A DNA stretch of 63,387 nt, counting the filler, from Octopus bimaculoides (Eukaryota), in NCBI RefSeq assembly GCF_001194135.2. It is 8 parts of 7 records of this genome, joined end to end, with 100 filler letters (N's around TTAATTAATTAA, not from the genome) between each part and the next. Parts side by side here need not be neighbours in the genome. Positions count along the whole stretch, not along the records: positions 1 to 7,966 come from NC_068987.1; positions 8,067 to 36,485 come from NC_068984.1; 6 more parts are not named here. One strand, written 5' to 3'. The notes under the pieces are model-generated. The model made no database searches and was not told the origin of the DNA. It saw nothing but the letters and a program-made list of their open reading frames with translations. The position numbers and the translations under genes are program-made. Every line of letters starts with the position of its first letter. Position 1 is the stretch's first letter. Shown here in pieces: positions 1 through 12,224 of this stretch.

Positions 1-689
1 ATATATACGTCTTTTGGCATAAAAAATGCGCTAAGGAGTGTACAAAGTGTACTTGCAGTAGGTATATTTCACAATCAGGTCACTATATCCGATGTCACAA
101 TTCACTAGAATATTACGTGCATCATAAAAAATCTAACCAATCAAGACTTCGCGCGAATCCGGCTCCAACATCTTTGGCACGTTCCTTTCTGAGCCAAAGC
201 ACAACTATATATTCAGCACAGCTATTCCATTGAAAACAGATGACCCAAGTGCAAGAACATCACAAAAGCGATGGACAGACGGTGAACAAGAGACATCAAA
301 ATACAGTAGCACGACTAGCAGCTAACCACAATGGACAAACTGCAACAGCAACGTAAGAACCAGCCAACATTTTGACCGCTGCTACAGTTACACCAATCAA
401 AGAACAGTTGTTTTCAAGCTTTCTCGATGGTTTGCCGTTCGTAGTAACAAGTTTTCGTTTACGAAAAGAATAAATAATCTCAACAGATATTAGTGTTCTT
501 CATCGTAACATACTCTGTACAAGATGTGCACGGTGAACCCTTTGATTCTGGGATATCCCCTAGTTTTATTCATTCATCTTGGTAAACACAATCTTACCTT
601 ATGTTTTAGATGTAATGTGTTCATTATCCAGCTGTTAATTGCAATGAGCTATATAAGCTTTTATTTACAGACAGACCGGATTCACAAGG

Positions 690-1050
690 CTGAAGTATAA
701 CCCATCAATATATGGCTTATTGAATGTTGATGATCTGCGAAAGCTGAAAAAAAAAATGAGGTACACATGATATATTGAGTCAATACTATTAACTTGCACG
801 AAAGATTGAGCGTAACCTTGGAGATAAATGTCGTTACTCATTAATAAAAGCATACAAGAGTCATGTGATGGACCTTGATAAGCTCTGGGTGAAAAAGTGT
901 CGTATGCTATCAGTGGAAAATATTTGTGAAAGAGAGATAAACTGAAAGTAATAAGCGAAGAAGAAATGAGGTCAGATTTTAGATTGCAGGGTTTTACCGA
1001 AGAAATGACAAAAGACAGGTCAGCGGTGATACGCTGTGCAGCAGACTTGT
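690..1050 (+). mobile_element. Old RTE-clade LINE fragment (RT C-terminal region)
   Basis: Plus-strand translation IYGLLNVDDLRKL...WVKKCRML...EEMTKDR resembles the younger RTE copy at 37.1-37.8 kb (YG..EDMxK..VKKCHTL..EEMTSDR); contains stops and frameshifts. Confidence 0.55.
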
Positions 1051-1104
1051 TCAATACTTTCCAGTACCTATTACCTTTTTTTATATAGCTTGTTTCAATC
1101 ATTG

Positions 1105-1249
1105 GATTGTGGCCATGCTGGGGCATCGCCTTGAAAGGTTTAATAGAACAAATCGACACCAGTATTTACTATTTTTAAGTCAGGTACTTATTCTATTGGT
1201 CTTCTTTGTCGAACCGACAAGTAGTAGTAGGGGACAAACACAAAGACAA

Positions 1250-1292
<43 letters not shown>

Positions 1293-1470
1293 TGCACACG
1301 CGCGCACACACACACACACGACTGGATTCTTTCTATTTCCGTACACCAAAATCCACTCACAAGGCTTAGGTTATCCTGAGGCTATATATAGTAGAAGACA
1401 CTTGCCCAAGGTGTCACGCAGTAGGACTGAACTCGGAACCATGTGGTTGGGAGGTAAACTTCTTACTGCG
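1105..1470 (-). mobile_element. tRNA-derived SINE, family A (CORE-like), near full length
   Basis: Reverse complement has a tRNA-like head, ACCTTGGGCAAGTGTCTTCTACTAT core, internal (TG)n and the GCCCCAGCATGGCCAC-type tail shared with 47405-47800. Confidence 0.8.
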
Positions 1471-1961
1471 CAAAAATCTTAGTACACCTGTTCCGAATTT
1501 ATATTCCTGGTTGGATTTGAACGCAAAACCACAAGATAAATGAAACATTTCTATTGTCTCTTCTAGTTTCCTAGTTTCAGCAGTAAAGTCTATTTATAAC
1601 TTGGTGAACTTTGGCAAACACACACAACACAGTATTTGCAATATTATGCAAGTCATTGATTTTTCACTCAACAATCCAACATTATGTGGTCTTAGCCAGC
1701 TGTGATTTCCTTAATAACCTGATAATTAACTTATTTCTATCTAGTTAGACATATATCACATACGTAACTTCATAAAACTCTAGTAAATTAGCACTGTCAG
1801 GTTTATATTTGGAAGGGTTTTTATTCAGTTCTACTAGTTCTTACTTGAGCGAAAAATATTTTCCCTGTTTTCTGGACCATAATTCCTTCAGAATTAAGAA
1901 TTATTGTAATGGTCTTTGGACACTTACAGAAAAAAAAAACAAGCAAAAATTATAACTCGAC

Positions 1962-2176
1962 ACAGGCAGGGCTATATAGTAAGAAGTTTTCTTCCCAACC
2001 ACATGGTTTCGAGTTCAGTCCCACTGCGTGGAACCTTGAACAAGTGTCTTCTACTATAACTCCGGGTCGACCAAAGCCTTCCGAATTGGTCTGGGAGAAG
2101 GCAACTGTATAGAAACACGCCGCATAATACATACGTACATACATACATACATACATACACACATAATACATACATG

Positions 2177-2215
<39 letters not shown>
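1962..2215 (+). mobile_element. SINE family A, 5' half
   Basis: CCCAACCACATGGTTTCGAGTTCAGTCCCACTGCGTGGAACCTTGAACAAGTGTCTTCTACTATA matches other family A copies. Confidence 0.8.
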
Positions 2216-2936
2216 AAATGAATAACAGACGATGGATAAATATCAGTTCATTACAGCTGTTTCTTACGCATTTTTTAATAGAAGAATAAAAACATTACTT
2301 CATTACAAAAAAACCGTGGCTGAAGTCTGTCGAGGCTAACTATGAAATGGGAGAATGACCAACAAAGTTGGCCGTTGTTGGCATTAGTGGATGGGGTAAG
2401 GTTAACAATGTAGTTTGTGAACGTGTGTAATATGATATTTAATGTCAGCGACCCGGGTGAGATAGGAGTCTGCTAGACTTTAAGCAACCTCTATAATAGC
2501 TCTTAACCTCGGGACAATCTAAATTACTCCCTCTAAAGTCGATTGATCTGCTTAATTGTTTAAGCCCTTCTAGTCTCGTTCTTCTTTACCACTACTTCCT
2601 AACCACTCTTACTATACTTGCATGATATGCTATTTTGAAGGAACAAACCATTCTATTTCTGGTGTACCTAGTATTATGTATTATGTAACAGCCTGCAAAC
2701 GGAGACGAAGTGACGTTGGACGAAAAGACATAGCACCGTTGTAATTATGGGCCGCATAATAATTCTCGGTGTATTTTGTACTTAAGTCTTTTGTTTATTT
2801 TTTGTTTATTGTTACGCAGATATATATTATACAATAGTTATCTTTCAACTGGCCATAAGTACGCCGCCGAACAGTGAGAACGAAAGCAATTTGATATTTC
2901 GTAAAAATTATGAATTGTGTACATTATGAATTCTAT

Positions 2937-2998
2937 ACTAGCTTAAATCACACTTGAGATTGCACTACAGTGCAATCTCAAGTGTGATTTAAGCTAGT
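2937..2998. repeat. Perfect 30-bp inverted repeat with 2-nt spacer (62-bp palindrome)
   Basis: ACTAGCTTAAATCACACTTGAGATTGCACT-ac-AGTGCAATCTCAAGTGTGATTTAAGCTAGT; arms are exact reverse complements. Confidence 0.95.
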
Positions 2999-3799
2999 TT
3001 CTCTTACTTTGGGACAGGAAATTAAAGAATTAAGTTTATTAACTAAATCAGTAGGGAATGCCATAACTTCATAGTAGGAGAGAAGTTAATTTATACGAGA
3101 ATGTAAAGAACTACAGGATAATGTATTCATAGTAAGACATCTGGGAAACATATTCTTGGTGACGATCTCAGAATTAGTGACTCCTTGGAAAGAAAGAAAG
3201 AAAGAATGAAAGAAAAGACGGAATAAGGAAAGAAAGGAAGCGCTTTTGACAGAGTTCCTGTTACATCCAACAGTCTGGTGGGCCTATGAAGAGTAATTGC
3301 GGCTCAATGGCTAATGAGAACAATTCAGAACATATGTGGGCATATTGGTCAGCTGATACCTAGAGGGGTAGCAATGAGTTCGCAGCACCCAGCGGCAAAG
3401 GCAGTTTTGGTACCTGCACCTTAATGGGCAATGGATGGGACTGAGGAAATGTTGTGCCCCTTTATAGCTGGTTCCGGAGTAAATTGTCTTCCCTTTTCGC
3501 CTTCGTGTTAGGCCTCTGTTGACACCTTTTACTTGCCATATCTTCTCCATATTCTAACATGAAAAGAAAATTTTATTTTATGAGGTTCCAACTGCTGTCA
3601 AAAGAAGGCCTGGGATAATTGATAGATGATATTGCCAGGAATGTGATACAAATGACTCGAAGACTGAAACTTTGCTGACTCAACAATGCTATTGCTGCTG
3701 CTGCTGCTACTGATGATGATGGTATTACCTATTTCTAATATTGGTACAGTTGCAGAAATTGGTATTCTGGATGTGAAATGAAGAAGAATCCATCTGTTT

Positions 3800-3890
3800 A
3801 AACAGGCGCAGGCGTTGCTGTGTGGTAAGAAGCTTGCTTTTCAATCTCACAGTTCCGGATTTCACCACCACCACCACCACCACCACAACA

Positions 3891-3970
<80 letters not shown>
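3800..3970 (+). mobile_element. SINE family A head only, followed by (CAC)n and (TAC)n microsatellites
   Basis: GGCGCAGGCGTTGCTGTGTGGTAAGAAGCTTGC head, then triplet repeats. Confidence 0.65.
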
Positions 3971-4407
3971 CTCCTTTATACCTACTTTATACCAATGACA
4001 TAACAATTTTCTATAGCTGGAAAACTTAAAAGTTTTTCATAAATTTAACCAGGATATTAAAATGAGGATGGGCGTAAAAAAATGGTATCAAAGCTATCAT
4101 AAGAAGCAAATTAATAAAACCTAGAATATCAAATCTNNNNNNNNNNNNNNNNNNNNNNNNNNNNNNNNNNNNNNNNNNNNNNNNNNNNNNNNNNNNNNNN
4201 NNNNNNNNNNNNNNNNNNNNNNNNNNNNNNNNNNNNNNNNNNNNNNNNNNNNNNNNNNNNNNNNNNNNNNNNNNNNNNNNNNNNNNNNNNNNNNNNNNNN
4301 NNNNNNNNNNNNNNNNNNNNNNNNNNNNNNNNNNNNNNNNNNNNNNNNNNNNNNNNNNNNNNNNNNNNNNNNNNNNNNNNNNNNNNNNNNNNNNNNNNNN
4401 NNNNNNN

Positions 4408-4459
<52 letters not shown>

Positions 4460-4461
<2 letters not shown>

Positions 4462-4618
4462 GTAATGGGCTTCTTTCAGTTTCCGCCTACGAAATCCATT
4501 CACAAGGTGTTGGTCGACCCGAGGCTATAGTGTAAGACACTTACTCAAAGTGCCCTGCAATGTGACTGAACCTGGAGCCATGTGATCGGGAAGCCAGCTT
4601 CTTACCACACAGCCGCGT
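4460..4618 (-). mobile_element. SINE family A, 5' half
   Basis: Reverse complement of the family A head and core. Confidence 0.75.
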
Positions 4619-4620
4619 CT

Positions 4621-4826
4621 TTCTACTTACGGCACAAAGCCTCATAATTTGGGGTAGCTGGTAAGTCGATTACATCGACTTCAGTGTTCTGCTGATATTA
4701 TTTTATCAGTCCTTAAAAGCATAAAAAGAAGTGAAGTCAACGTGGGCAGAATTTGAACTCAGAACGTAAAGCTAGAATAAATGCTGTTAAGCATTTTGCC
4801 CAATGTGCGAGCGATTTTGGCAGCTC
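4621..4826 (-). mobile_element. tRNA-derived SINE, family B
   Basis: GAATTTGAACTCAGAACGTAAAG B-box region on the reverse strand, plus the family B body and GGCACAAAGCC tail. Confidence 0.75.
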
Positions 4827-4917
4827 AAGTTTTGACCTACTTTTAAAATACTTGAAGTCTGTTCTTTAGATATAAATATATGAGTCATCCCAATTGTAAA
4901 ACATCGTGCTAGAATAT

Positions 4918-5268
4918 TGTTGTAAAGTGGGTTCCTCCTAGTGGTGTGATGTTGTACTGCTGTTGTACTGTAGTTGTTGTTTTACGCTAGTAGCCACAAT
5001 AGTTACTAGTCATCGGATGCCGTTGTACCTTTTCGTACAGGAATAGTAATACACTAACTTCTGTCTTGCTATCGCTGGTAGCTCCACAAGACACTGACTA
5101 GAATTGTCGACTCTCAACTCGTGGAGTCCCGACTCTCTCTTGACGACCAGTTACTGGTCTATTTATAATGGCTGGCTTCTACCACTTTTTATCGGGAAGG
5201 GTATACAGTTTCACTATACCACTTCTTCCCTTTTAATAATTTTTTAAACAATCTATTTCTTTTATTCA
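4918..5268 (-). mobile_element. Putative 3' LTR of the Gypsy element
   Basis: On the minus strand a polypurine tract (A-run+GGAGGTGGGGG, 5269-5288) is followed by TG; TATAAATA lies at 5160-5167; a candidate ...ACAACA end is at 4918. Boundaries are approximate. Confidence 0.55.
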
Positions 5269-5296
5269 CCCCCACCTCCTTTTTTTTTATATATAC

Positions 5297-6321
5297 TCAA
5301 TATCTTTTCTCTTTGGGGTTTACTTTTAGGAATTCAGTGTTCTTCCTTTTCCTTGAACATGTGGTTTCGACTTCTTGTAACGGTGTTGGAACCTGAAAAG
5401 TGTCATATAGCCAATCCATCGGTATTTCTACTCTCGTTGGTTCCTTTTCTATGACTCTTTCCTTAAGCTGATTTCTATGTCTCCCTTCCATTCCATTTCT
5501 GCTTCTTACACCAGACATCATTCTTCCTATGTATGTTCAATTTCTCCTTCTTTCCAGTATTGCTTACCATTTTTGTACATTCTTACACCGATTCTAAAGA
5601 ATTTTGGCATATCTTTACTAGCGCGTATTTTTTTCTTCACTGGTAATAGTTTATTGAATACTGACTTCACTTTTCTGGCAAACATTAATTCTGCAAGTGA
5701 ACTGCCTTCTGGCGCATTTGGGTTCGGAGTTACACTGTATACCATTAAGAATTGTTGGATCGTGACCGCGTCCGTAGCTTCCTTATTAGCTTTCTTTAAA
5801 GCTCTATTAAAAGTGTCCACGAACCGTTCGGCCCTTCCATTCGATCTAGGATGATATGGTGCTATAGTTTTTGTTATAACGTGAATCTCGCAGAATCTTT
5901 TAAATTCACAGGATACAAACTGTGTTCCGTTATCCGAGACATTTATATCCGGTACACCAAATATTGCGAACAGCTCATGTAAGAAGTTTATTACCGTGTA
6001 TGAGGTTGGTCGTTTATACCTCGTGGTCTCGGGTCGTTTTGTGTAGCTGTCCACAACTAGTAAGTAATAATATCCATTTACCGGACCTGCAAAATCGATA
6101 TGCAATCGGGACCATGGTATTTTCCCTTCCGGCCAAGGTTCACATTTTGTTGTAGGTAGTTTCGCTGCCAGTGTACATCCTCTGCAGCCTTTTACGAGAT
6201 TTTCAACTTCCTTATCCATGCTTGGCCAGTATACGAAACTTCGCATCAGCGCTTTCATTCTAGAGATGCCTGGGTGTCCCACATAGAACTTTTTTAGCAT
6301 TCTCTTCTGTAATGTCTGTGG
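5297..6321 (-). pseudogene. Ty3/Gypsy (Mag/K02A2.6-like) integrase, truncated and frameshifted near 5525
   Basis: GHPGISRMKALMRSFVYWP...CRGC Zn finger (first His appears as Tyr), LHIDFAGP / VSDNGTQF / GRAERFV D,D,E triad, then RHRNQLK motif in the next frame. Confidence 0.92.
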
Positions 6322-6521
6322 TAGGCACAAGGCTCGACATTTTTGTGGAGGGGGCCAGTAGATTAGATGGACCCTAGTACGCAACTGATACTTAATTTAT
6401 CGACCCCGAGAGGATGAAAGGCAAAGTCAACTTCGGCGGAATTTGAACTCAGAACGTAAAGACATGAAATATCGCTAAGCATTTCGCCCGGCGTGCTGAC
6501 GTTTCTGCCAGCTCACTGCCT
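6322..6521 (-). mobile_element. SINE family B abutting and truncating the Gypsy integrase
   Basis: TTTATCGACCCCGAGAGGATGAAAGGCAAAGTCAACTTCGGCGGAATTTGAACTCAGAACG; the first 15 or so residues of the 5527-6384 ORF come from this SINE. Confidence 0.85.
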
Positions 6522-7233
6522 CAACACAACAAATATATTAATTCTATTTTAGGCACACACGAACTATTGAAATTTCATTCCGGCTGAGATGTTTCAATGT
6601 TATGTTTGTCAGAACACCTGCAAGTCACGCAGAGGATTGAAGTGGCACTTGAACCTTCGTAATAAACAAACGGAAAATGGAGCCCATGCTGAAATGAGAC
6701 ATTGTTACAGCATTTGTGATCAGCTTTTCAAACGCTTTTCATGACTCAAAAGTCATTTTGATCTTATGCCTGGAAAAAGCAATTCGTTTCAAAAAGAGGT
6801 CAGGCTCTGCAAGGAGCAGACAGCCATCGCACACACGCACACACACACACACGTATTGTTATGCTTCAGGATGGTCATATTGAGGCCGATTAACTACACG
6901 CACTATATACTTGGTCTTCACTTCAGTTCTTTTTTATTGTTCTTATTTTAGTGTCCTTTGTCTGAAATAGGAATAAGAATGTATGTTTCAACACACGATT
7001 TCATATCAGGAATCTTGCAAAACAAATGCATTAACTCGTTCCATATGCCAGCAGGCCTCAAGAGACGCATGCGTGTCCATAGAACACAATTACCGCTTTA
7101 TTTTATCGAACCGTCATTTGTCGTTCACGACGAGAGAATTCGTTATACACGCACACACACTTATGACGTAGCGCCTTACGATAAGCATTGGCCGTTCATA
7201 TTCAGTTTTGCTTATTTACATATTCTAATTTTC

Positions 7234-7845
7234 CTACTACAGGTACACGGTCTGAAATTTTGATGGGTGGGAGATAGTGGATTGCATCAACCGCAGTGCT
7301 AAGCTGGTGTTTATTTTATCGAACCCAAAAGAGTGGAAGGCAAAGTCGACCTCAGTGGAATTTAAATTCAGAACGTGAAGACAGATGTTTTGTCCGACGC
7401 ACCACTTTATAAACAATTAATACTGGCTTCAAATTTTGGTACAAAGCCAGCAATTTCAGGGGAGGTGGGGGTAAGTCTATTACATCGACCACAATGCTGA
7501 ACTGGTACTTATTTTATCGAAGCCAAAAGGATAAAAGTCAAAGTCTACCTAGGCGGAATATGAACTCAGAGCATATAGACTGCTGAGCATTTTGTCCGGC
7601 ACGGTAACGATTCAGTCAGCTCGCCGATTTATGAACGATTAATATTCTTTTCTTCTCTAGGCATAAGGCCCGATATTTTTTGGGAGAGGCCAGTCGATTA
7701 GATCGACCGCAATATGCAACCAGTTCTTAATTTATTGACCCCCGAAAGGATGAAAAGCAGAGTCGACCTCGGTGGAATTTGAACTCAGAACGTAAAGATA
7801 GACGAAATAACGCTAAGCATTTCGCCCGGCGTACTAACGTTTCTT
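7234..7845 (-). mobile_element. Three head-to-tail SINE family B copies (~7234-7402, 7421-7628, 7646-7845)
   Basis: The GGATGAAAGGCAAAGTCGACCTCGGCGGAATTTGAACTCAGAACG-type motif occurs three times. Confidence 0.85.
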
Positions 7846-8010
7846 ATTTCTTTACTGCCCATAAGGGGCTACACACAGAGGGAACAAAAAAGGACAAACA
7901 AACGGATGGATCTATTTTAAAACGGGGGCCACATTTTTCATTAATGCTTTACGTAGTGTTTTTGGTNNNNNNNNNNNNNNNNNNNNNNNNNNNNNNNNNN
8001 NNNNNNNNNN

Positions 8011-8022
8011 TTAATTAATTAA
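8011..8022. other. Assembly linker TTAATTAATTAA inside 44N+12+44N; also at 36530, 39034, 47899, 56058, 59276, 61564
   Basis: Same 12-mer centred in 100-bp spacers seven times; it encodes stops in all six frames. Confidence 0.95.
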
Positions 8023-8329
8023 NNNNNNNNNNNNNNNNNNNNNNNNNNNNNNNNNNNNNNNNNNNNTATATATAAGCAATGTTAATTCTCTAAATGAAGT
8101 ATTAACAGTAACTGCACGATAAAGTGTAGTATATTGCCACTTAAGTGTGGCTGACCCCTAGGGGTGGATGTTACTGTTGCTTTTAGCCCCAGGAGGACAT
8201 CTCCTCCAGCTGGCATTGGTGCGCTGGGACACTATGCACGTAGAGCGCAGGTAACAACAGGTTAAACAAGAGTTTATCAGGAAACAAATACAAATAAGCA
8301 GAAAATGCAGAAAACCTCAGATTAACAAA

Positions 8330-8690
8330 CAAACACATCGATTGGACCACATTTATTGCTTATTTTTTAAAACAAAGCATGACATAACGAAATAGGTGAC
8401 GTAACATATCTTACGGCCGTTTCCGATCCGTTGCCAAAATGCTGTCTATAAATAAAAGCGAGAATAAATTTCTTTATCTTCATAGGACATTCGAATTAAA
8501 GCACGGAGCTTCATCAGAGTGAAATAACAAGAGCATACAATATAAACAAAGGGAAGAAGGAAAAGGAAAGAAAACATGGCCTACAAAAAATCTAGAAACC
8601 CATTATGTTAAAATCATATAATCTACCATCTAGGGGCTACGAGGTCCCTAAGCAAAAGAGTTATCTCACTCTTTTACCTACGGACCATTT
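8330..8690 (-). mobile_element. Decayed Penelope-like element 3' end with hammerhead-like motifs
   Basis: Minus strand gives FCLGTS*P (cf. the IFxLGTLxPxG end of PLE GIY-YIG), then CTGATGAAG (8511-8517) and GAAACGGCCGTA (8412-8423). Confidence 0.4.
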
Positions 8691-8763
8691 ATTTATAGAC
8701 AAACGTATAGATAGATAGATAGATAAACAGACACATACATACATACATACATACATACATACA

Positions 8764-8796
<33 letters not shown>

Positions 8797-9823
8797 GCAT
8801 GTGTACATGTATATACCAGAGCAATTATGCGAAATCAGTGCTATCATCTTTATTGCGTTTAGACTGTAAATAATGTTATGATATGTGTTCATGCTTTTTC
8901 CAACAAATATCTAACCGATAACAAGTCCGTATCGCTGGTGCAACTCACTACGTTTCCTTTTTCTCACCCGTGTGTATATGTGCGCGTGTACGAATGTGTG
9001 TGTATGTGTGTGTGTGTGTGTGTGCGTGTGTGCGTACGTGCGTATATATAATTCCCGGCGAACAAATATACATGATATACATGCATGAATGACAATGTGA
9101 GGATATAAGTGGCGATTGAACGGAAATGGCGAAGGAATGAAATTATAAAGGACTACTGACTACAACCGATGTAGTGTAAAAATTCACACCAGCCTCCCCT
9201 GTCTCCACCCTGATGTCATACACACAGTGATACACAGTGTCATTATTCGCATGCATCCAGAGAGAAACTGCATCTTTTAAAAGTCATTAGCGTAAAGAAT
9301 AGCAGAATAATAATCCAGGATTGTGATGTCTGCTTGAGTACAAAACTCCGGATATATATATATATACATAGGCAAACCTTCGTAGACTAAACGACGGATG
9401 TACTGTTATGTACGCACACGCATGAGAACTTTTCCATATTTACACATGCACTGAAAACCTTAATCGGACTCACTCGATTGGTTCAGAGGGTTTCTACAAT
9501 GCATTTATTCTAGAAAAACAAAATCCTCTGTGTGTTTTACTTTACCCTTGTGACCCAACTGCACTTAAAGAAACAGAATTTTGATGGAATGAAGAATAAA
9601 TTGTAAGAGGGGCAGTAGTTACTAGCATACCGGGTGTTCCACATGGAAAGAATAGGATGAAGCAGATGTAGAAAACGAGAATAGAAAATAAATCGAAGAC
9701 TTCATGACAAAATCTGAGTAGATTAGAAGCCTGGAAACAGGACAAGTTAGGAAACTCAAGATTTAAATCTTCACTTGAAGAAAAAACCAATTTGCCTGAA
9801 TTGTACGCGTCATAGAATTAATG

Positions 9824-10037
9824 ATGGTTTCAAATTTTGGTACAAAGCCAACAAGTTCAGAGGAGTGGGTATGTCGACTGCAACCCCGTTGATCAACTGG
9901 TACTTATTTTATCGAATCCGAAAGGATAAAAGGCTAAGTCGACCTCGGCGAAATTTGAACTCAGAACGTAAAGACGGAAGAAATGTTGCTAAGCATTTTA
10001 CCCGGCGCACTAACGATTCTACAAGCTCGCCGCCTTT
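9824..10037 (-). mobile_element. SINE family B; a further gap-split copy lies at ~10205-10645
   Basis: Same diagnostic motifs as other family B copies. Confidence 0.8.
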
Positions 10038-10654
10038 GTGATAATTAATAGTGATGATAATGTTGTTATTGTTGGTGATGTTTAGCAAAACACGAGCAAA
10101 TGTAATGATGAAAAGAGTTTGCTGTCGTGACCATTTTTGTATTTTCATTGAAGGGTAGTGTAATGAAATTTATTCACTATTTCTAGCATGTTATGCGACC
10201 ATCTACTGGCTTCCGATATTGATTTTTAATTTCAGTACAAGACCAACAATTTAGTGATAGGAGTCATGACTGTAGTGGGGTATAACCGATTATATCACCT
10301 TCAATACTTAAATAGCTTCTTTTTTTTTTNNNNNNNNNNNNNNNNNNNNNNNNNNNNNNNNNNNNNNNNNNNNNNNNNNNNNNNNNNNNNNNNNNNNNNN
10401 NNNNNNNNNNNNNNNNNNNNNNNNNNNNNNNNNNNNNNNNNNNNNNNNNNNNNNNNNNNNNNNNNNNNNNNNNNNNNNNNNNNNNNNNNNNNNNNNNNNN
10501 NNNNNNNNNNNNNNNNNNNNNNNNNNNNNNNNNNNNNNNNNNNNNNNNNNNNNNNNNNNNNNNNNNNNNNNNNNNNNNNNNNNNNNNNNNNNNNNNNNNN
10601 NNNNNNNNNNTCATCGATTAAGCCTCGGCGGGATTTGAACTCAAATCTTGAAAA

Positions 10655-11590
10655 TTCGAAACAATTGAGATGACGTCTGGTGTGCCACACGGATCTGTTT
10701 TTGAATCCCTGTTGTTTGTTGCATGTATTAACGACACAGATGCCAGTTTGAAGAATGTTAGTGTTGAAGTACGCAGATGACATCAAGCTGTACCTTGAGA
10801 TAAAAAGAACAGATCCTATATGTCGTAGATGTTTTCAGTAATCAGACCTGGACACTATGTAGCAACTCAAGCTGGCTTGGGAGGAAAAACCCAACTTTTA
10901 CATACTCTCTCTACAACACCAATCTTCAGAAGTTTGTTAATGAACGAGATCTGGACATTATTGTCAACAGCGATTTTCTTTGGACAACCTACATTTCCAA
11001 AATTGTTAAGAAGGCCGGGGGTGTCTTAGCATCACTCAGTAAGACCTTTGTCAACCGCTCTCCAGCTATCTATTTAAAGATTTGTATGGCTATCGTATGG
11101 CCACATTTAGATTTTGCATCACCAATCTGGTACCCCTGTCTTGCTCAGTATATCTATCTCATGGAAACAGTTCAAGAACATTCAACCAGACGAATATCCG
11201 CTATCAGACATCTACTATATTTCGAATGTCTTGCTTCCATGGGCATGGACACATTAACGCCCCGGCGTTTGGCAACTGACTTGGTAGACACCTATAAGAT
11301 TATTCCCCGTCTTCCTAATAACAGCCTTGAGTACCATTTTGAATTCCAAATGACTAACATTCGTGGGCGCTTACAAAATAAATGGAAAACAGCACATCAC
11401 CCATGACTTTCGGAAACATTTTTTCACCCTCAGAATTGCCAAAACATGGAATAAACTACCTGCATCAGATGTCAGCATTAGATGTCAGGTGTCATGACAC
11501 TACATCCTTCAGGACTTCCATGCTTCCCGAAATTCGCCAACACTATATCTGATGTTTCTTTTTTATGAGTCATTCACCGTTAACTCTCTT
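10655..11590 (+). mobile_element. CR1/L2-type LINE, RT C-terminal half, decayed
   Basis: SGVPHGSVFESLLF..IND..KYADDIKL, then VWPHLDFASPIW..ETVQEHSTRRI..RRLATDLVDTYKI, matching the SGVPQGS / YADD / RPHLEYASPVW motifs. Confidence 0.88.
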
Positions 11591-12224
11591 TTTGTACTTC
11601 ATTCTGCATACTTTACATGCACTTTTGACTACCTTTCCTGGTGAATTGTAGTGCACCAGAGGCACTGTATGCAATAAGTTTATTACCACTAAAGATTTTT
11701 TCCGATGCTTTAATGATTCTGCCAGCTGGTCGACATATATTCAAAATTAAATGACTGATACACACAAAGCCAGAAGCCATACACACGTATATATGTAGGT
11801 ACACAAAACAAATATTTAGATATGTTCGTGCGCAGTTACTTCACAAATGAGCATGCACAATTATACAAGACTGTTAGTCATTCTGGTCCTCCTCTCAACT
11901 ATAATGAAAGGCATTTAAAGCATGGCTATCCAATCAGTATATTTTATTTATTAATTCATTTATCTTTAGAAATAGTGTGTCTATTCAATGTGTGCCATTT
12001 CAATGCGGTGTTGTTTGAAGTGGTCTTGTTGGTATTTCTAGCAGATCATCTGGCCTCGTCGAAGCTCTTTCACCGATTCATTGCTATGAAATATTTTGAT
12101 TAAGTGTTAAGGCGGTTAATTAATTATAGCTTCAGAGTAGAGATGTTTACTGCAAAATCAACTCACACTCACTTGATCATACAAAAACACGTGTCTCAAA
12201 TTTTGTGGGAAGTTATATCTTATG

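Noticed and set aside
598-648. 51-nt minus-strand exon candidate (LIAINSWIMNTLHLKHK, AAG|GTAAGA)
   Set aside because: Weak acceptor, no phase-linked neighbour and no recognisable homology; unsupported.
665-1159. 164-aa minus-strand ORF, and an exon-like plus-strand segment (QTGFTRLKYNPSIYG..)
   Set aside because: The plus strand is a decayed RTE fragment, and the ORF start lies in a SINE; the ORF is antisense shadow.
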